A stretch of 64,000 bases of DNA, from contig JAFTSW010000072.1 of the NCBI GenBank assembly GCA_017467085.1, positions 26,753 through 90,752 of the forward strand, written 5' to 3'. Below, one piece after another: positions 36,222-45,236 of this stretch. A model generated the notes under the pieces. The model was given only the letters and a program-made list of their open reading frames with translations, did no database searches and had not been told where the DNA came from. The DNA is from Clostridia bacterium. GTDB taxonomy: Bacteria; Bacillota; Clostridia; Oscillospirales; CAG-272. A program made the position numbers and the translations under genes. The first letter of the stretch is position 1. Every line of letters begins with the position of its first letter.

Positions 36222-39200
36222 ATGAAAAAGCGTTTACTCAGTCTTCTGCTGGTAGCCTGCATGCTGCTTTCTATGGTGCCCGTGTTCAGCACCGTGGCGG
36301 TAGCGGCAGAAAACTCTGCGGAAGAAGAAACTCCTTATGACTACAGTAAGCTGTACGTGCAAAACGGCTTGAAGCTGCTTTACACGGCTTACGCAGGTCA
36401 TAGCACCGTCGACCTCGCCAACAATAAGTGGGTCGACGCCTCCGGAAACGGAAACGATGCTACCTTCGTGAATGCGGCAGCGTCCTCCACGGGCCCCGCA
36501 ATCAATTGGGAAGCTAACCGTAACGGAAAGAACGGCGTTGGCTACGATATGCTGGGCGGTACCTGGGACGGTGTGACCAACTCTACCCCGGATAAAAGTG
36601 CCAACTACAACCTTGGCTCCAGTGTGTATCTTAACCTTCCCGTAGCCGTTATGAAGGCTATGAATGATGGCAACTACACCTTGGAATATACGGTTGAATA
36701 CCCCAGCATCCATTGGTACAACAGCGAGGGTGTTCTGCAGACCGAGGCGCCCTACGCAACGGGTGCTTTGGCTACCACGCTTTCCGATATTCTCGGTACG
36801 ATGCGTGCCATTTATCAGCGCGGCGATACAACGCAGACATTGACTTACGTCCGTTGCGCGCGTTGGTTCCAGGCAGGCGGCACGACGGGATGGGGAAGCG
36901 CTCCCAGTACTTATCTGGTAAGCTCGATGCATAGCGAGCAGGGCCGTGCCAATGACGGGATTTACACCCAGACCGTTTCGCGTATCTGGAATACCGAAAT
37001 CATCACCTTCCCCACCTACATTCTGACCAAAGAGGACGGGACGGAGATTACGGAGTACGCTCTCAACTATCTGCAGGGCTACAATGCCGACGCGACGCTG
37101 GACACTACGGGTGCTACTAAGTATTACGTTGTGAACAACGGCGGCAAGTATGAGATTTATGCCGAAGGCGGCTCCACCGCTATTTATAACAATCTCTATA
37201 CGGACGTTGACTTCTTCGCGCCTCTTGCTTCTATTGTCAGCACCGCGGAAAGCCCCGTGTACTTCACGGTTTCTGCGGGCGAGCAGACCACCAGAAGCGT
37301 GGTGTACGCCGTTGGAAACAGTGGCGGCAAGAAGGAAAACTCGCAAGTCTATTACGAGAACAACCTCTATGCAAGACCGACCAACGTAAACAATAGTTCT
37401 ATCTATGCCAAGTGCCAAAGACCTTACTACATCAAGGACGCCTCGGCAACCGTCTTCCAGATGTTTATCAAGACGCCTGTGACGGCATACTCCATCCGTT
37501 TGTATGACAGAGCGCTTGAGGACTACGAGGCTAAGCAGAACCACTTTGCTGACGTTTGCGCCTTCTACAAGCTGGACGTGGCTGCGTTCCTTACCTATTC
37601 CGAGGACGTGCAGAGAATGGCACACGAGGCGTTCCTGCAATATGATATGAACGAAGCCGATTACGATGCAACGAAGGCTTCCCTGCAAATCTATCTGGAT
37701 TTGGTAGGCGCAAGCAGCCTCTACGATTATTCGGAGCTCTATCATAAGGAAGGCTTGGTTGCTCTCTATACCTCCTTTATGGCGGACAATAACGTAGATT
37801 TCACCACGGGCGCATGGACCAACGGTGTCTCCGACGGTGCCGCCGCGCGCATCTCCAACCCCTCCAAGTGGGTTAGAAACGCCTTTGGCGCAACGGGCTT
37901 CCATCTGGAGGCCGTGACGGGCGGTCTGGGCGCTAACACCATCTTTATGGAGCTGCCCTACGAATATATCACGGGTGATAATTACACCATTGATACCTTC
38001 GTCAATCTGCGCCGGCACGTTAAGGCTGACGGCACGTTCCTGGGCAACACCTCTACCTATAACGTGACGTTCAATACCTACTCCTACGTATTCCGTCTGG
38101 ACTCCTTCAACCTGATGGGTCCTGTTGCGGTAGACGCGCAGTGGCGTGTGATGTACTCCAATTACACCATTGACGGCGGCTTGAACGGCGGTATGACGGA
38201 CCCCTTGGGTAACAGCCTGAATATTTATTCCGGCACCTCCCCTGCGGAAGTCCGCACCTATTACTTCGCTCCCACGTCGGCGGGCAGCAAGTACGCGAGC
38301 GACGCAAAGTTCGAGCTCGTTCATAACTCCCTGACGGGCCCGCAGTTCGTGGGCGGCTTTGCTATCACCAAGACAACGGCAGACGGCAAGTCCACCTTTG
38401 CTATGTACAACCAGGCAGCCTCGAAAACGTTTGCTACCTATAACGTTGCCGATATGGAAAAGGCAAAGGGCGCGACCGTGACCTATACCGATGCAGAGGG
38501 TAACGAGCAAACGGTAAACAAGGCTACGGGCATCACCCTGTCCAACTCCTATATCTTCGCAGATAATCCCGCATTTATTTACGCGGTGCGTATCTATAAC
38601 GACCAGCTGAGCGAAAACGAGAAGACGCAGAACTATTTTGCGGACGTTGCCGCCTTCTACGGCTTGGATATGAGCAAGTTTGCCAAGCTGAGCGAGAACG
38701 CGCAGAAGAACGTTATAAAGACGGTTGGCGCGGAGTTTATGGCGCTGACCCTGCAGAACGATGACCTGACGGCTTACACCGAAGAGAGAAAAGCGGCGCA
38801 GGCAATTCTGGATAAGGCTTTGACTGCCTTTGTTTTGAATGAATACGACCTTCTCTACGTTGGCGCTGACGGAAGCAAAACCGTTAACGGCGGTAAGCTG
38901 ACGATGTTCCTTTCCGCTATGGCGGGCAATAATAATGCTGACCTGGCAAGCGGCAATTGGTACGATAGAGTGGGCGGCTACAACGCTACCTTCAAGAACG
39001 CAACGAACGTTACCTGGGTTTCCAGAGGCGAAAGCGGCGTTGGCTACGACCTCTACGGCGGTACCTGGAACGGCTCCGCCTGGGATACCACGGGCACCAA
39101 CCTGCAGAACGGCGCGCAGCTGACTCTCGACGTTAACGCGATGAAGGACCTGAACGATAGCGCCTACACCTTCGAGAGCATCGTTGCCTTCCCCAGCGTG

Positions 39201-42200
39201 CAGTGGACGGACGAAAACGGACAACTGCAAACCACCAATTATACCAATAGCGTTTACGGCTGGGTTGTTTCGGACTCCGATGCTATCGGTAACCTGTACA
39301 CCATTTACCAGCGCTCTGACTCCACGGGCACTCTCGGCGTTGTTCGCCGCACCCGCTGGTACCTCGGTAACGGTAAGGGTAACTGGAATAATTCCGGTGG
39401 TATAGGCGACAACCGTTACGGCTGCTTCTGTGACAGCGCTGCCCGTAACAATGGCGGTGCGATTTACAACCAGAACATTGAGCGCCGCTGGCTGAGCGAC
39501 CTCACCTTTGATACCTACGTATTTAAGGATGCCGAGGGCAACGAGCTTGCCTCCGCAGGTAAGACCCAGCTTGACCAGCGCCACGTTTCGGGCGCCGCAG
39601 TCCTGGACACCACGGGCGCAACCAAGTATATGGCGCTGAAGGTCTCCGGCAGCTACGAGATTTACGCAGTGGCTGAGGACTCGACAAAGACGCTGCTGTA
39701 TAACAACCTGTTTGATACGGTATACACCTGGCTGGCTCCTCTGTTGACCACGGACGAAGCAAACCCCCTGTACTTCACCGTTTCCGCAGGCACGGACGTA
39801 ACCAAGCAGGCAACCTATTACATCAACGGCGCCGGCTACGGCAGAAACTTCTACACCAATGAGAGGTATGCCTATACCTCGTCTGCGCAAAGCACGGCGT
39901 TCGCCACCTATTCCAATATGCCTGTTTATCCCAGCGACAGCGTCGCGAAAGAGTTCTTTATGTTCAAGAACGCGCCCTGCTCCGTTTACAGCATTCGTCT
40001 GTATGATGCTGTTCTGGTAGCAATCGAGAAGGCACAGAACCACTTTGCGGACGTTGCTTCCTACTTTGCGCTGGAGTTAGACGGCTTCCATACCCTGAGT
40101 GCGGAGGAAAAGAGCCGCGTATATACCGCGTTTGCCGCAATCGAGCTTGACAAGGCAACGGCTGCTGAGGCACAGACGCTTCTCGACGCCTTCACCCTTA
40201 ACGCCTACGATATGCTTTACGTTGGTATGGACGGAAACGAAACCGCTAACGGCGGTAAGCTGACCATGTTCCTGTCCGCTCTGGCAGGGAACAGCTCCGC
40301 TGACCTTATTAACGGCAAGTGGTACGACAAGACGGGTAACTATGACGCTACCTTCACCAGCACCGCAAACGTTGCCTGGGTTTCCCGCGGCGAGAACGGC
40401 GTTGGCTACGATATGCTGGGCGGTACCATCAAGGAAGACGGCTCCTTCGATACCTCTGCCAACTACACCATTCTGGAGAATGCAAGACTGACCCTGGACG
40501 TTGCAGCCCTCAAGGCGTTGAACGACGGCGCTTACACCTTGGATTACATCGCCGACTTCCGCAGCGTACAGTGGTATGACTTGGACGGTGTTCTGCAAAC
40601 CACCAATCACGCCAACGCGAATATGGCGGGCTACACCACCTATTCCGAGTGGATTGGTACCTTGAAGAACATTTACCAGCGCTCCGACATTAAGAGCGAC
40701 CTGCATCCCCGTCAGGTTCGTTGGTTCTTAGCACCCGGCGACACTCTGTGGGGCAGCGGTCAGTACTACTTCAACGCCCAGCTGCACGGCGAGACCAGCC
40801 GTCAAGGCGGCGGTATCCAGGCGCACGAGATTATCCGTGTGAAGGAAACCGTAACCATGGAGACCTGGATTTTCACCTATGAGGACGGCTCCACCGTTGA
40901 AATCGGCCAGAATAAGCTGAAGGTCTTCGGCGGTGCGTACACCTTCTTGACCGACGGCACCAAGTACGTTGTAACCGCAGGCACCAAGAAGATTAACGAC
41001 ACGCTGAATCACGATGTGTACAACATCGCTCTCGAGGACGGCACGGTTGTTTCTACCAACCTCTACTCCGGCTATACAGATCTCTTCGGCACCTTGAAGG
41101 AGGGAACCGTTACCGTAACGGAGGGTGAAACGGAAACTGACAAGTACACGCTCACCATGACCAAGGACGGTAGCCAGTACAAGGAAGGTATTTATTACAC
41201 CAACGAAAAGGTTATGACCACCACCCAGCTCTCCAGAGCCGATTATGCACATAACGGCTTGGACGGCTACGTGTCTGACTCTACCTCCACCAACTTCATT
41301 ATGTTCAACAGAACGCCTTGCGCTGTTTACAGCGTTCGTCTGTATGACGCAGACCTGACGGCAAGCGAGAAGGCACAGAACCATTTTGCAGACCTCTGCG
41401 CTTACTACCTGGTAGACATTGCAGGCTTTGCGGATGCTTCCGCTGATGCCAAGGCTGCAGCCTATGCGGCAGTAGCAGGACTTTCCATGCTGGCTGAGGA
41501 TGACGCAGATTACGTTGCCACCAAGGCAAAGGTACAGGCAGCTGTTGACAATGCAACCACCGTTGCCTTCGAGGCAGGTGCAACCCTTCCCGCTGTGGTT
41601 GAGGGTGTTGCTGACAGAGTGGTAGCTGTTTGGGTAACGGCTGACGGCGAGACCAAGTATCTCCCCGGCACCGTGCTGGCTGATGCCGCTACTCTGACCC
41701 CTGTGCTTGTTGCTAAGGGCGAGACGGTTGATGGCGCAAGCGTAAGCGTGGCAAACGGCGGTTTGCGCTTCAAGACCACCTTCTCCGCCTCCGATTACTA
41801 CACCTTGGGTAAGGTAATGGGCAACGAGAACGCTGTGCTTTCGATGATTATCGCTCCCGAGCTTCTCATCGAGAACGTCGCAAACGGCGTCTTCACCAAG
41901 GAGGCGCTGGGCGCAGACAACTACGTTGAGGTAGCTATTAACGGTTACTTCGATTTGGAAGGCGACACCTACACCTTCGCGGCAGGTCTTTCCGAGCTTT
42001 CCGCCGTCACCAAGGCAAATGACCTTTCCTTCGCGGCAGTTCTTTGCTTGACGGTGAAGGTAGGCGAGGAAACCTACGAGATTTACGGCGACTACAACGC
42101 CGACTGCAACAGAAGCGGTCTTGACGTTCTGACGCCCTATATCGAGGACGTTATCGCAGGCGAAGAGACTGTGGCAGACGACCTGAAGGATGACCTTTAT

Positions 42201-42275
42201 AACCTCTACACCGGCTTCGCAGCCCACGATACCGCCCTTGCCGCTTCCTTGAAGACGGCTCTGGGCATTCAATAA
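36222..42275 (+). CDS. Giant secreted protein (2017 aa) with four LamG/ConA-like modules and a unique C-terminal domain
   Basis: Signal peptide MKKRLLSLLLVACMLLSMVPVFSTVAVAAE. Module starts at about aa 38, 500, 874 and 1328. Module-start motifs: D-A-SGNGNDATF (module 1), GGYNATF (module 3) and GNYDATF (module 4); module 2 is a shorter variant without this motif. Module-end motifs: YSIRLYDRALEDYEAKQNHFAD, YAVRIYNDQLSENEKTQNYFAD, YSIRLYDAVLVAIEKAQNHFAD and YSVRLYDADLTASEKAQNHFAD. No LPXTG, SLH or choline-binding anchor seen. Confidence 0.85.
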   Translation: MKKRLLSLLLVACMLLSMVPVFSTVAVAAENSAEEETPYDYSKLYVQNGLKLLYTAYAGHSTVDLANNKWVDASGNGNDATFVNAAASSTGPAINWEANRNGKNGVGYDMLGGTWDGVTNSTPDKSANYNLGSSVYLNLPVAVMKAMNDGNYTLEYTVEYPSIHWYNSEGVLQTEAPYATGALATTLSDILGTMRAIYQRGDTTQTLTYVRCARWFQAGGTTGWGSAPSTYLVSSMHSEQGRANDGIYTQTVSRIWNTEIITFPTYILTKEDGTEITEYALNYLQGYNADATLDTTGATKYYVVNNGGKYEIYAEGGSTAIYNNLYTDVDFFAPLASIVSTAESPVYFTVSAGEQTTRSVVYAVGNSGGKKENSQVYYENNLYARPTNVNNSSIYAKCQRPYYIKDASATVFQMFIKTPVTAYSIRLYDRALEDYEAKQNHFADVCAFYKLDVAAFLTYSEDVQRMAHEAFLQYDMNEADYDATKASLQIYLDLVGASSLYDYSELYHKEGLVALYTSFMADNNVDFTTGAWTNGVSDGAAARISNPSKWVRNAFGATGFHLEAVTGGLGANTIFMELPYEYITGDNYTIDTFVNLRRHVKADGTFLGNTSTYNVTFNTYSYVFRLDSFNLMGPVAVDAQWRVMYSNYTIDGGLNGGMTDPLGNSLNIYSGTSPAEVRTYYFAPTSAGSKYASDAKFELVHNSLTGPQFVGGFAITKTTADGKSTFAMYNQAASKTFATYNVADMEKAKGATVTYTDAEGNEQTVNKATGITLSNSYIFADNPAFIYAVRIYNDQLSENEKTQNYFADVAAFYGLDMSKFAKLSENAQKNVIKTVGAEFMALTLQNDDLTAYTEERKAAQAILDKALTAFVLNEYDLLYVGADGSKTVNGGKLTMFLSAMAGNNNADLASGNWYDRVGGYNATFKNATNVTWVSRGESGVGYDLYGGTWNGSAWDTTGTNLQNGAQLTLDVNAMKDLNDSAYTFESIVAFPSVQWTDENGQLQTTNYTNSVYGWVVSDSDAIGNLYTIYQRSDSTGTLGVVRRTRWYLGNGKGNWNNSGGIGDNRYGCFCDSAARNNGGAIYNQNIERRWLSDLTFDTYVFKDAEGNELASAGKTQLDQRHVSGAAVLDTTGATKYMALKVSGSYEIYAVAEDSTKTLLYNNLFDTVYTWLAPLLTTDEANPLYFTVSAGTDVTKQATYYINGAGYGRNFYTNERYAYTSSAQSTAFATYSNMPVYPSDSVAKEFFMFKNAPCSVYSIRLYDAVLVAIEKAQNHFADVASYFALELDGFHTLSAEEKSRVYTAFAAIELDKATAAEAQTLLDAFTLNAYDMLYVGMDGNETANGGKLTMFLSALAGNSSADLINGKWYDKTGNYDATFTSTANVAWVSRGENGVGYDMLGGTIKEDGSFDTSANYTILENARLTLDVAALKALNDGAYTLDYIADFRSVQWYDLDGVLQTTNHANANMAGYTTYSEWIGTLKNIYQRSDIKSDLHPRQVRWFLAPGDTLWGSGQYYFNAQLHGETSRQGGGIQAHEIIRVKETVTMETWIFTYEDGSTVEIGQNKLKVFGGAYTFLTDGTKYVVTAGTKKINDTLNHDVYNIALEDGTVVSTNLYSGYTDLFGTLKEGTVTVTEGETETDKYTLTMTKDGSQYKEGIYYTNEKVMTTTQLSRADYAHNGLDGYVSDSTSTNFIMFNRTPCAVYSVRLYDADLTASEKAQNHFADLCAYYLVDIAGFADASADAKAAAYAAVAGLSMLAEDDADYVATKAKVQAAVDNATTVAFEAGATLPAVVEGVADRVVAVWVTADGETKYLPGTVLADAATLTPVLVAKGETVDGASVSVANGGLRFKTTFSASDYYTLGKVMGNENAVLSMIIAPELLIENVANGVFTKEALGADNYVEVAINGYFDLEGDTYTFAAGLSELSAVTKANDLSFAAVLCLTVKVGEETYEIYGDYNADCNRSGLDVLTPYIEDVIAGEETVADDLKDDLYNLYTGFAAHDTALAASLKTALGIQ

Positions 42276-42298
42276 CCTGAAAGGAAGGACTAAAAACG

Positions 42299-42439
42299 AT
42301 GAAAAACGTTTATGAAAAGCCTGCTTTGGAAGAAATCCGCATCCAAACGGAAGACATCCTTTTGGTTTCGGGTGAGCTTGAAAAGGCAGACGAGGTTTAC
42401 GAAAAAGACAAGGACTGGAATGTAACCGGTTTGGTCTAA
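42299..42439 (+). CDS. 46-aa acidic small protein (below the ORF-track cutoff), co-transcribed with the giant gene
   Basis: ATG 42299 lies 23 nt after the giant-gene stop, about 10 nt after GAAAGGAAGGA. Sequence MKNVYEKPALEEIRIQTEDILLVSGELEKADEVYEKDKDWNVTGLV*. Two hairpins follow directly. Confidence 0.55.
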   Translation: MKNVYEKPALEEIRIQTEDILLVSGELEKADEVYEKDKDWNVTGLV

Positions 42440-42446
42440 AAGAGCT

Positions 42447-42498
42447 GCCTCACCTCTTTTGAGGTGAGGCACCGAAAAAGCCGCTTCGGCGGCTTTTT
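42447..42498 (+). terminator. Tandem hairpins terminating the giant-gene/small-ORF transcript
   Basis: GCCTCACCTC-tttt-GAGGTGAGGC, then AAAAAGCCGC-ttcg-GCGGCTTTTT. Confidence 0.75.
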
Positions 42499-42499
42499 C

Positions 42500-42930
42500 T
42501 GCTCTCAGTTCTTTGTGCGTTCTCTGAACGCCCAAAGAACGCCGAAAAAACGCCCAAAGAACGCCGCTTCAACCCGGCTCTCACCTCCCCTTGCCTGCTA
42601 AGCAGGCAAGGGGAATACCACTGAAGCCGTAAGGCTTCAATATCACTGCCGCGAAGCGGCAATATCACTCTTTGCGTTAGCAAAGAACATCACTTAAAAA
42701 GAGCCTATCGAAAATCGGTAGGCTCTTTTGACGCCTCATCCACCGCAAGCGGTCCCCCTTCTCCCGCGGGAGAAGGCTAAAAAGAGCGAAGAAAAGTAAA
42801 ATTGCTTTGCAATTTAGCTTTTGTGAAGAATGAAGAGCGAAGAGTGAAGAAAAGTAAAATCGCTTCGCAATTTAACTTTCGTGCAGAGGTAAAAAACAAA
42901 ATCGCTTTGCAATTTTACTTTTTTTAGGCT
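42500..42930 (+). repeat. Intergenic hairpin array B (ATATCAC-tailed stem-loops plus three ~58-nt AT-rich hairpin repeats)
   Basis: ATACCAC/ATATCAC/ATATCAC/ACATCAC at 42615, 42640, 42662 and 42687, which is the reverse complement of GTGATAT. They flank the hairpins GAAGCC-gtaa-GGCTTC, GCCGC-gaa-GCGGC and CTTTGC-gtta-GCAAAG. Modules shared with array A: CCTCATCCAC (42734) and CTTCTCCC-gc-GGGAGAAGGCT (42758-42778). Three copies of GAAGAAAAGTAAAATYGCTTYGCAATTT start at 42788, 42846 and about 42896. Confidence 0.9.
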
Positions 42931-42958
42931 TGCTTCTTTTTTTGTTTTATGCTACAAT
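42930..42958 (+). promoter_or_regulatory. Sigma70-like promoter with extended -10 for the AraC-family gene
   Basis: TTGCTT, 17-nt spacer, TGcTACAAT. Confidence 0.45.
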
Positions 42959-43086
42959 GGGGTGAAGAAGCTTCACGGCAGGGCCACGGGGAAGCACCAA
43001 CGCAAGGCGGTCTACGTACCTACGGCGCCATACGGGTATGGCATAAGAGGGTTTTTGGCACGCGGCGAAGGGGAGAGGAGAGCTTT

Positions 43087-43986
43087 ATGCAGACGCTGGG
43101 AAACGAGATACCCTTTTTTAACGGGGAATCCTTTTTTGAGGGAGAGGACAAGGTGTATATTCACCTGTCTACCGATTTTCCCGATTACGTGGGCGTTTCG
43201 CACCGACACGCCTTTATTGAGATTGCTTACGTGCTGTCGGGGGAGGCGGTGCATACCGTGGGCGACCGAGAATACAAGGTCAAGCCCGGGGACGTGACGC
43301 TGATTAACGGCGGCACGCCGCACAAGTTTACGCCCGTTATGGATGCCCCGGAGCATTTTGTGGCGTATGACCTGATGTTTATGCCCGACTTTTTTGACAA
43401 TCTGGCGATTAACACCAACCAATTTGCCTCCCTGCAAAACAGCTTTCTGTTCTACTCTCTTTTTCAGAATGACGCCCTGTCCCAGCCCGACCTTTACGTG
43501 ACAGGCAAGCGCTATTCGGACTACGGCGAGCTTTTCACTCGCATTTATCACGAATTTACCCACAAGGAGCGCGGCTACATTCAGCTCATTCGCGCCTACG
43601 TGGTGGAGCTGATTATCAAGCTGTTCCGTGACATTGAACGGGGCGGACGGGCGGTGCTGTCCGCTGAGCAGGAGGAAACGGTCAGACGGGCGGTTGCTTT
43701 TATTCAAGAGAATTACAACGCCTCGCTTTCCGTAGACGAGATTGCCAGCGGCGTGTTCCTCGGTCCCGACCATTTCCGCAAGCTGTTCAAGCGCGCCACG
43801 GGCTCCTCGGTTGCCGCCTTTCAGCAAAAGCTTCGCATTGACGAGGCGTGTCGCTTGCTTCGCACCTCGGCGATGCCCATCAAGGACATTTGCGCCGCTG
43901 TGGGGTATGGTGATATGAAGGCGTTTTACCAGGCATTCAAGAAGCTGACGGGCAAAACCCCCAACGAATACCGAAACAACCAATAA
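43087..43986 (+). CDS. AraC family transcriptional regulator (cupin sensor plus HTH)
   Basis: Cupin-like HRHAFIEIAYVLSGEAVHTVGD. C-terminal AraC HTH ..DHFRKLFKRATGSSVAAFQQKLRIDEACRLL..DICAAVGYGDMKAFYQAFKKLTGKTPNEYR. Start at ATG 43087 (GGAGAGGAGAG SD). Confidence 0.85.
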   Translation: MQTLGNEIPFFNGESFFEGEDKVYIHLSTDFPDYVGVSHRHAFIEIAYVLSGEAVHTVGDREYKVKPGDVTLINGGTPHKFTPVMDAPEHFVAYDLMFMPDFFDNLAINTNQFASLQNSFLFYSLFQNDALSQPDLYVTGKRYSDYGELFTRIYHEFTHKERGYIQLIRAYVVELIIKLFRDIERGGRAVLSAEQEETVRRAVAFIQENYNASLSVDEIASGVFLGPDHFRKLFKRATGSSVAAFQQKLRIDEACRLLRTSAMPIKDICAAVGYGDMKAFYQAFKKLTGKTPNEYRNNQ

Positions 43987-44170
43987 AAAACCCGTTTTAA
44001 CCAATGACAAAGAAAAAAATATTTGGTATCATAAAGGTAAGATAAGACTATTGCCGCTTTGACGCGGATTGGCTCTGTGTCTTACAAGGCGTGAAGGCAC
44101 GGCAATAGCCCTGTTCTTGCGCCTTTTTTGTTGCTTGAAAAGGGCAGAAAAAAGAGAGGAGAAGCAACCT

Positions 44171-45208
44171 ATGGCAATTCAGACTGTTTGCGGAAAAATT
44201 GACGGCAAGGAAGCAGGCATCGTCACCCCTCACGAGCATATTTTCATTGAATTGACTGCTTTTTTTGAGGAAAGACCCCTTCTTGACTGCGAAAGCCCTG
44301 CCACCGCCCCTGTGACGATGGACAAGTTAGGGATTCTCAACCGCGACCCCTACGCATTGAAGGACAACCTGCGGATGAACGACTACGAAACCCAAAAGAA
44401 GGAAATTTTGCGCTTCAAGGCGGCAGGCGGCTCTACTATCGTAGACGCTACTATGCCCGGCATTGGCAGGGACCCTGCTATGTTAAAGAAGATTTCCGAG
44501 GCAACGGGCATTCACGTGGTAATGGGAACGGGCTATTACGTTTGCTCCACCCACCCCGAAACGCTCGCCGCTATGACCGAGGCGGATATTGCCGAGGAAA
44601 TGGTGAAGGAGCTGACCGAGGGTGTTGGCGATACGGGCATTCTGGCCGGTGTTATCGGTGAGATTGGCATCAGCGAGGTGTTTAACGAGGACGAGCGCCG
44701 TGTGCTGCGCGCTGCCGCGATTGCTCATAAAAAGACGGGGGCAGGCGTTTTGGTACATATCAACCCCTGGACCCAGAACGGCTTGGAGGCTGCCGACATT
44801 TTGTTGGAGGGCGGTGTTCCTGCCAACCGCATTGCCGTGTCCCACGTAGACGTGGAGGACAATATGGACTATATTCACACCCTGCTTTCCAAGGGCGTGT
44901 ATATTGAGTTTGACAACTTCGGCAAGGAATATTACGTGGAAAGAGAGGCGCGCCGCGACGGCTACGGGCTCTTTGTTCACGACACCGACCGTGTGGCTTG
45001 CCTGAAGCAGCTGATTGAGGAGGGCTATGCCTCCCAGCTGTTGATGAGCTGCGACGTTTGTCTGAAGAGCTGCCTGCGTACCTATGGTGGCTGGGGCTAT
45101 GACCACGTATTGCGCAACATTCTTCCTATGATGGAGGAGGCAGGCATTCCTGCTGACAAAATCGAAGAGATTATTCGCCACAATCCCGTTCGCTTCTTAG
45201 AGGGCTGA
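44171..45208 (+). CDS. Phosphotriesterase-family (PHP/aryldialkylphosphatase-like) amidohydrolase-fold protein
   Basis: N-terminal metal motif TPHEHIF, later AVSHVD. TIM-barrel-like length of 345 aa. Start at ATG 44171. Confidence 0.75.
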   Translation: MAIQTVCGKIDGKEAGIVTPHEHIFIELTAFFEERPLLDCESPATAPVTMDKLGILNRDPYALKDNLRMNDYETQKKEILRFKAAGGSTIVDATMPGIGRDPAMLKKISEATGIHVVMGTGYYVCSTHPETLAAMTEADIAEEMVKELTEGVGDTGILAGVIGEIGISEVFNEDERRVLRAAAIAHKKTGAGVLVHINPWTQNGLEAADILLEGGVPANRIAVSHVDVEDNMDYIHTLLSKGVYIEFDNFGKEYYVEREARRDGYGLFVHDTDRVACLKQLIEEGYASQLLMSCDVCLKSCLRTYGGWGYDHVLRNILPMMEEAGIPADKIEEIIRHNPVRFLEG

Positions 45209-45236
45209 CGGAGCAACAAGGAAAGGAAATAAGAGA

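Noticed and set aside
36234-40043. 1269-aa ORF on the minus strand, antisense to the giant gene. A 514-aa ORF at 40728-42272 is of the same kind.
   Set aside because: Its codons are exactly in register with the sense codons (36234-36222 is divisible by 3). Stops could arise only from sense TTA/CTA/TCA codons, which this GC-rich gene avoids. The translation has no recognisable motifs, SD or promoter. This is a classic shadow ORF.
44040-44130. Inverted repeat CTATTGCCG..(~40 nt)..CGGCAATAG and a GCGCC-TTTTTT tract in the leader of the phosphotriesterase-family gene. This could be an attenuator or riboswitch.
   Set aside because: I could not build a convincing terminator/antiterminator pair or match any riboswitch class by eye. 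I left it unannotated.
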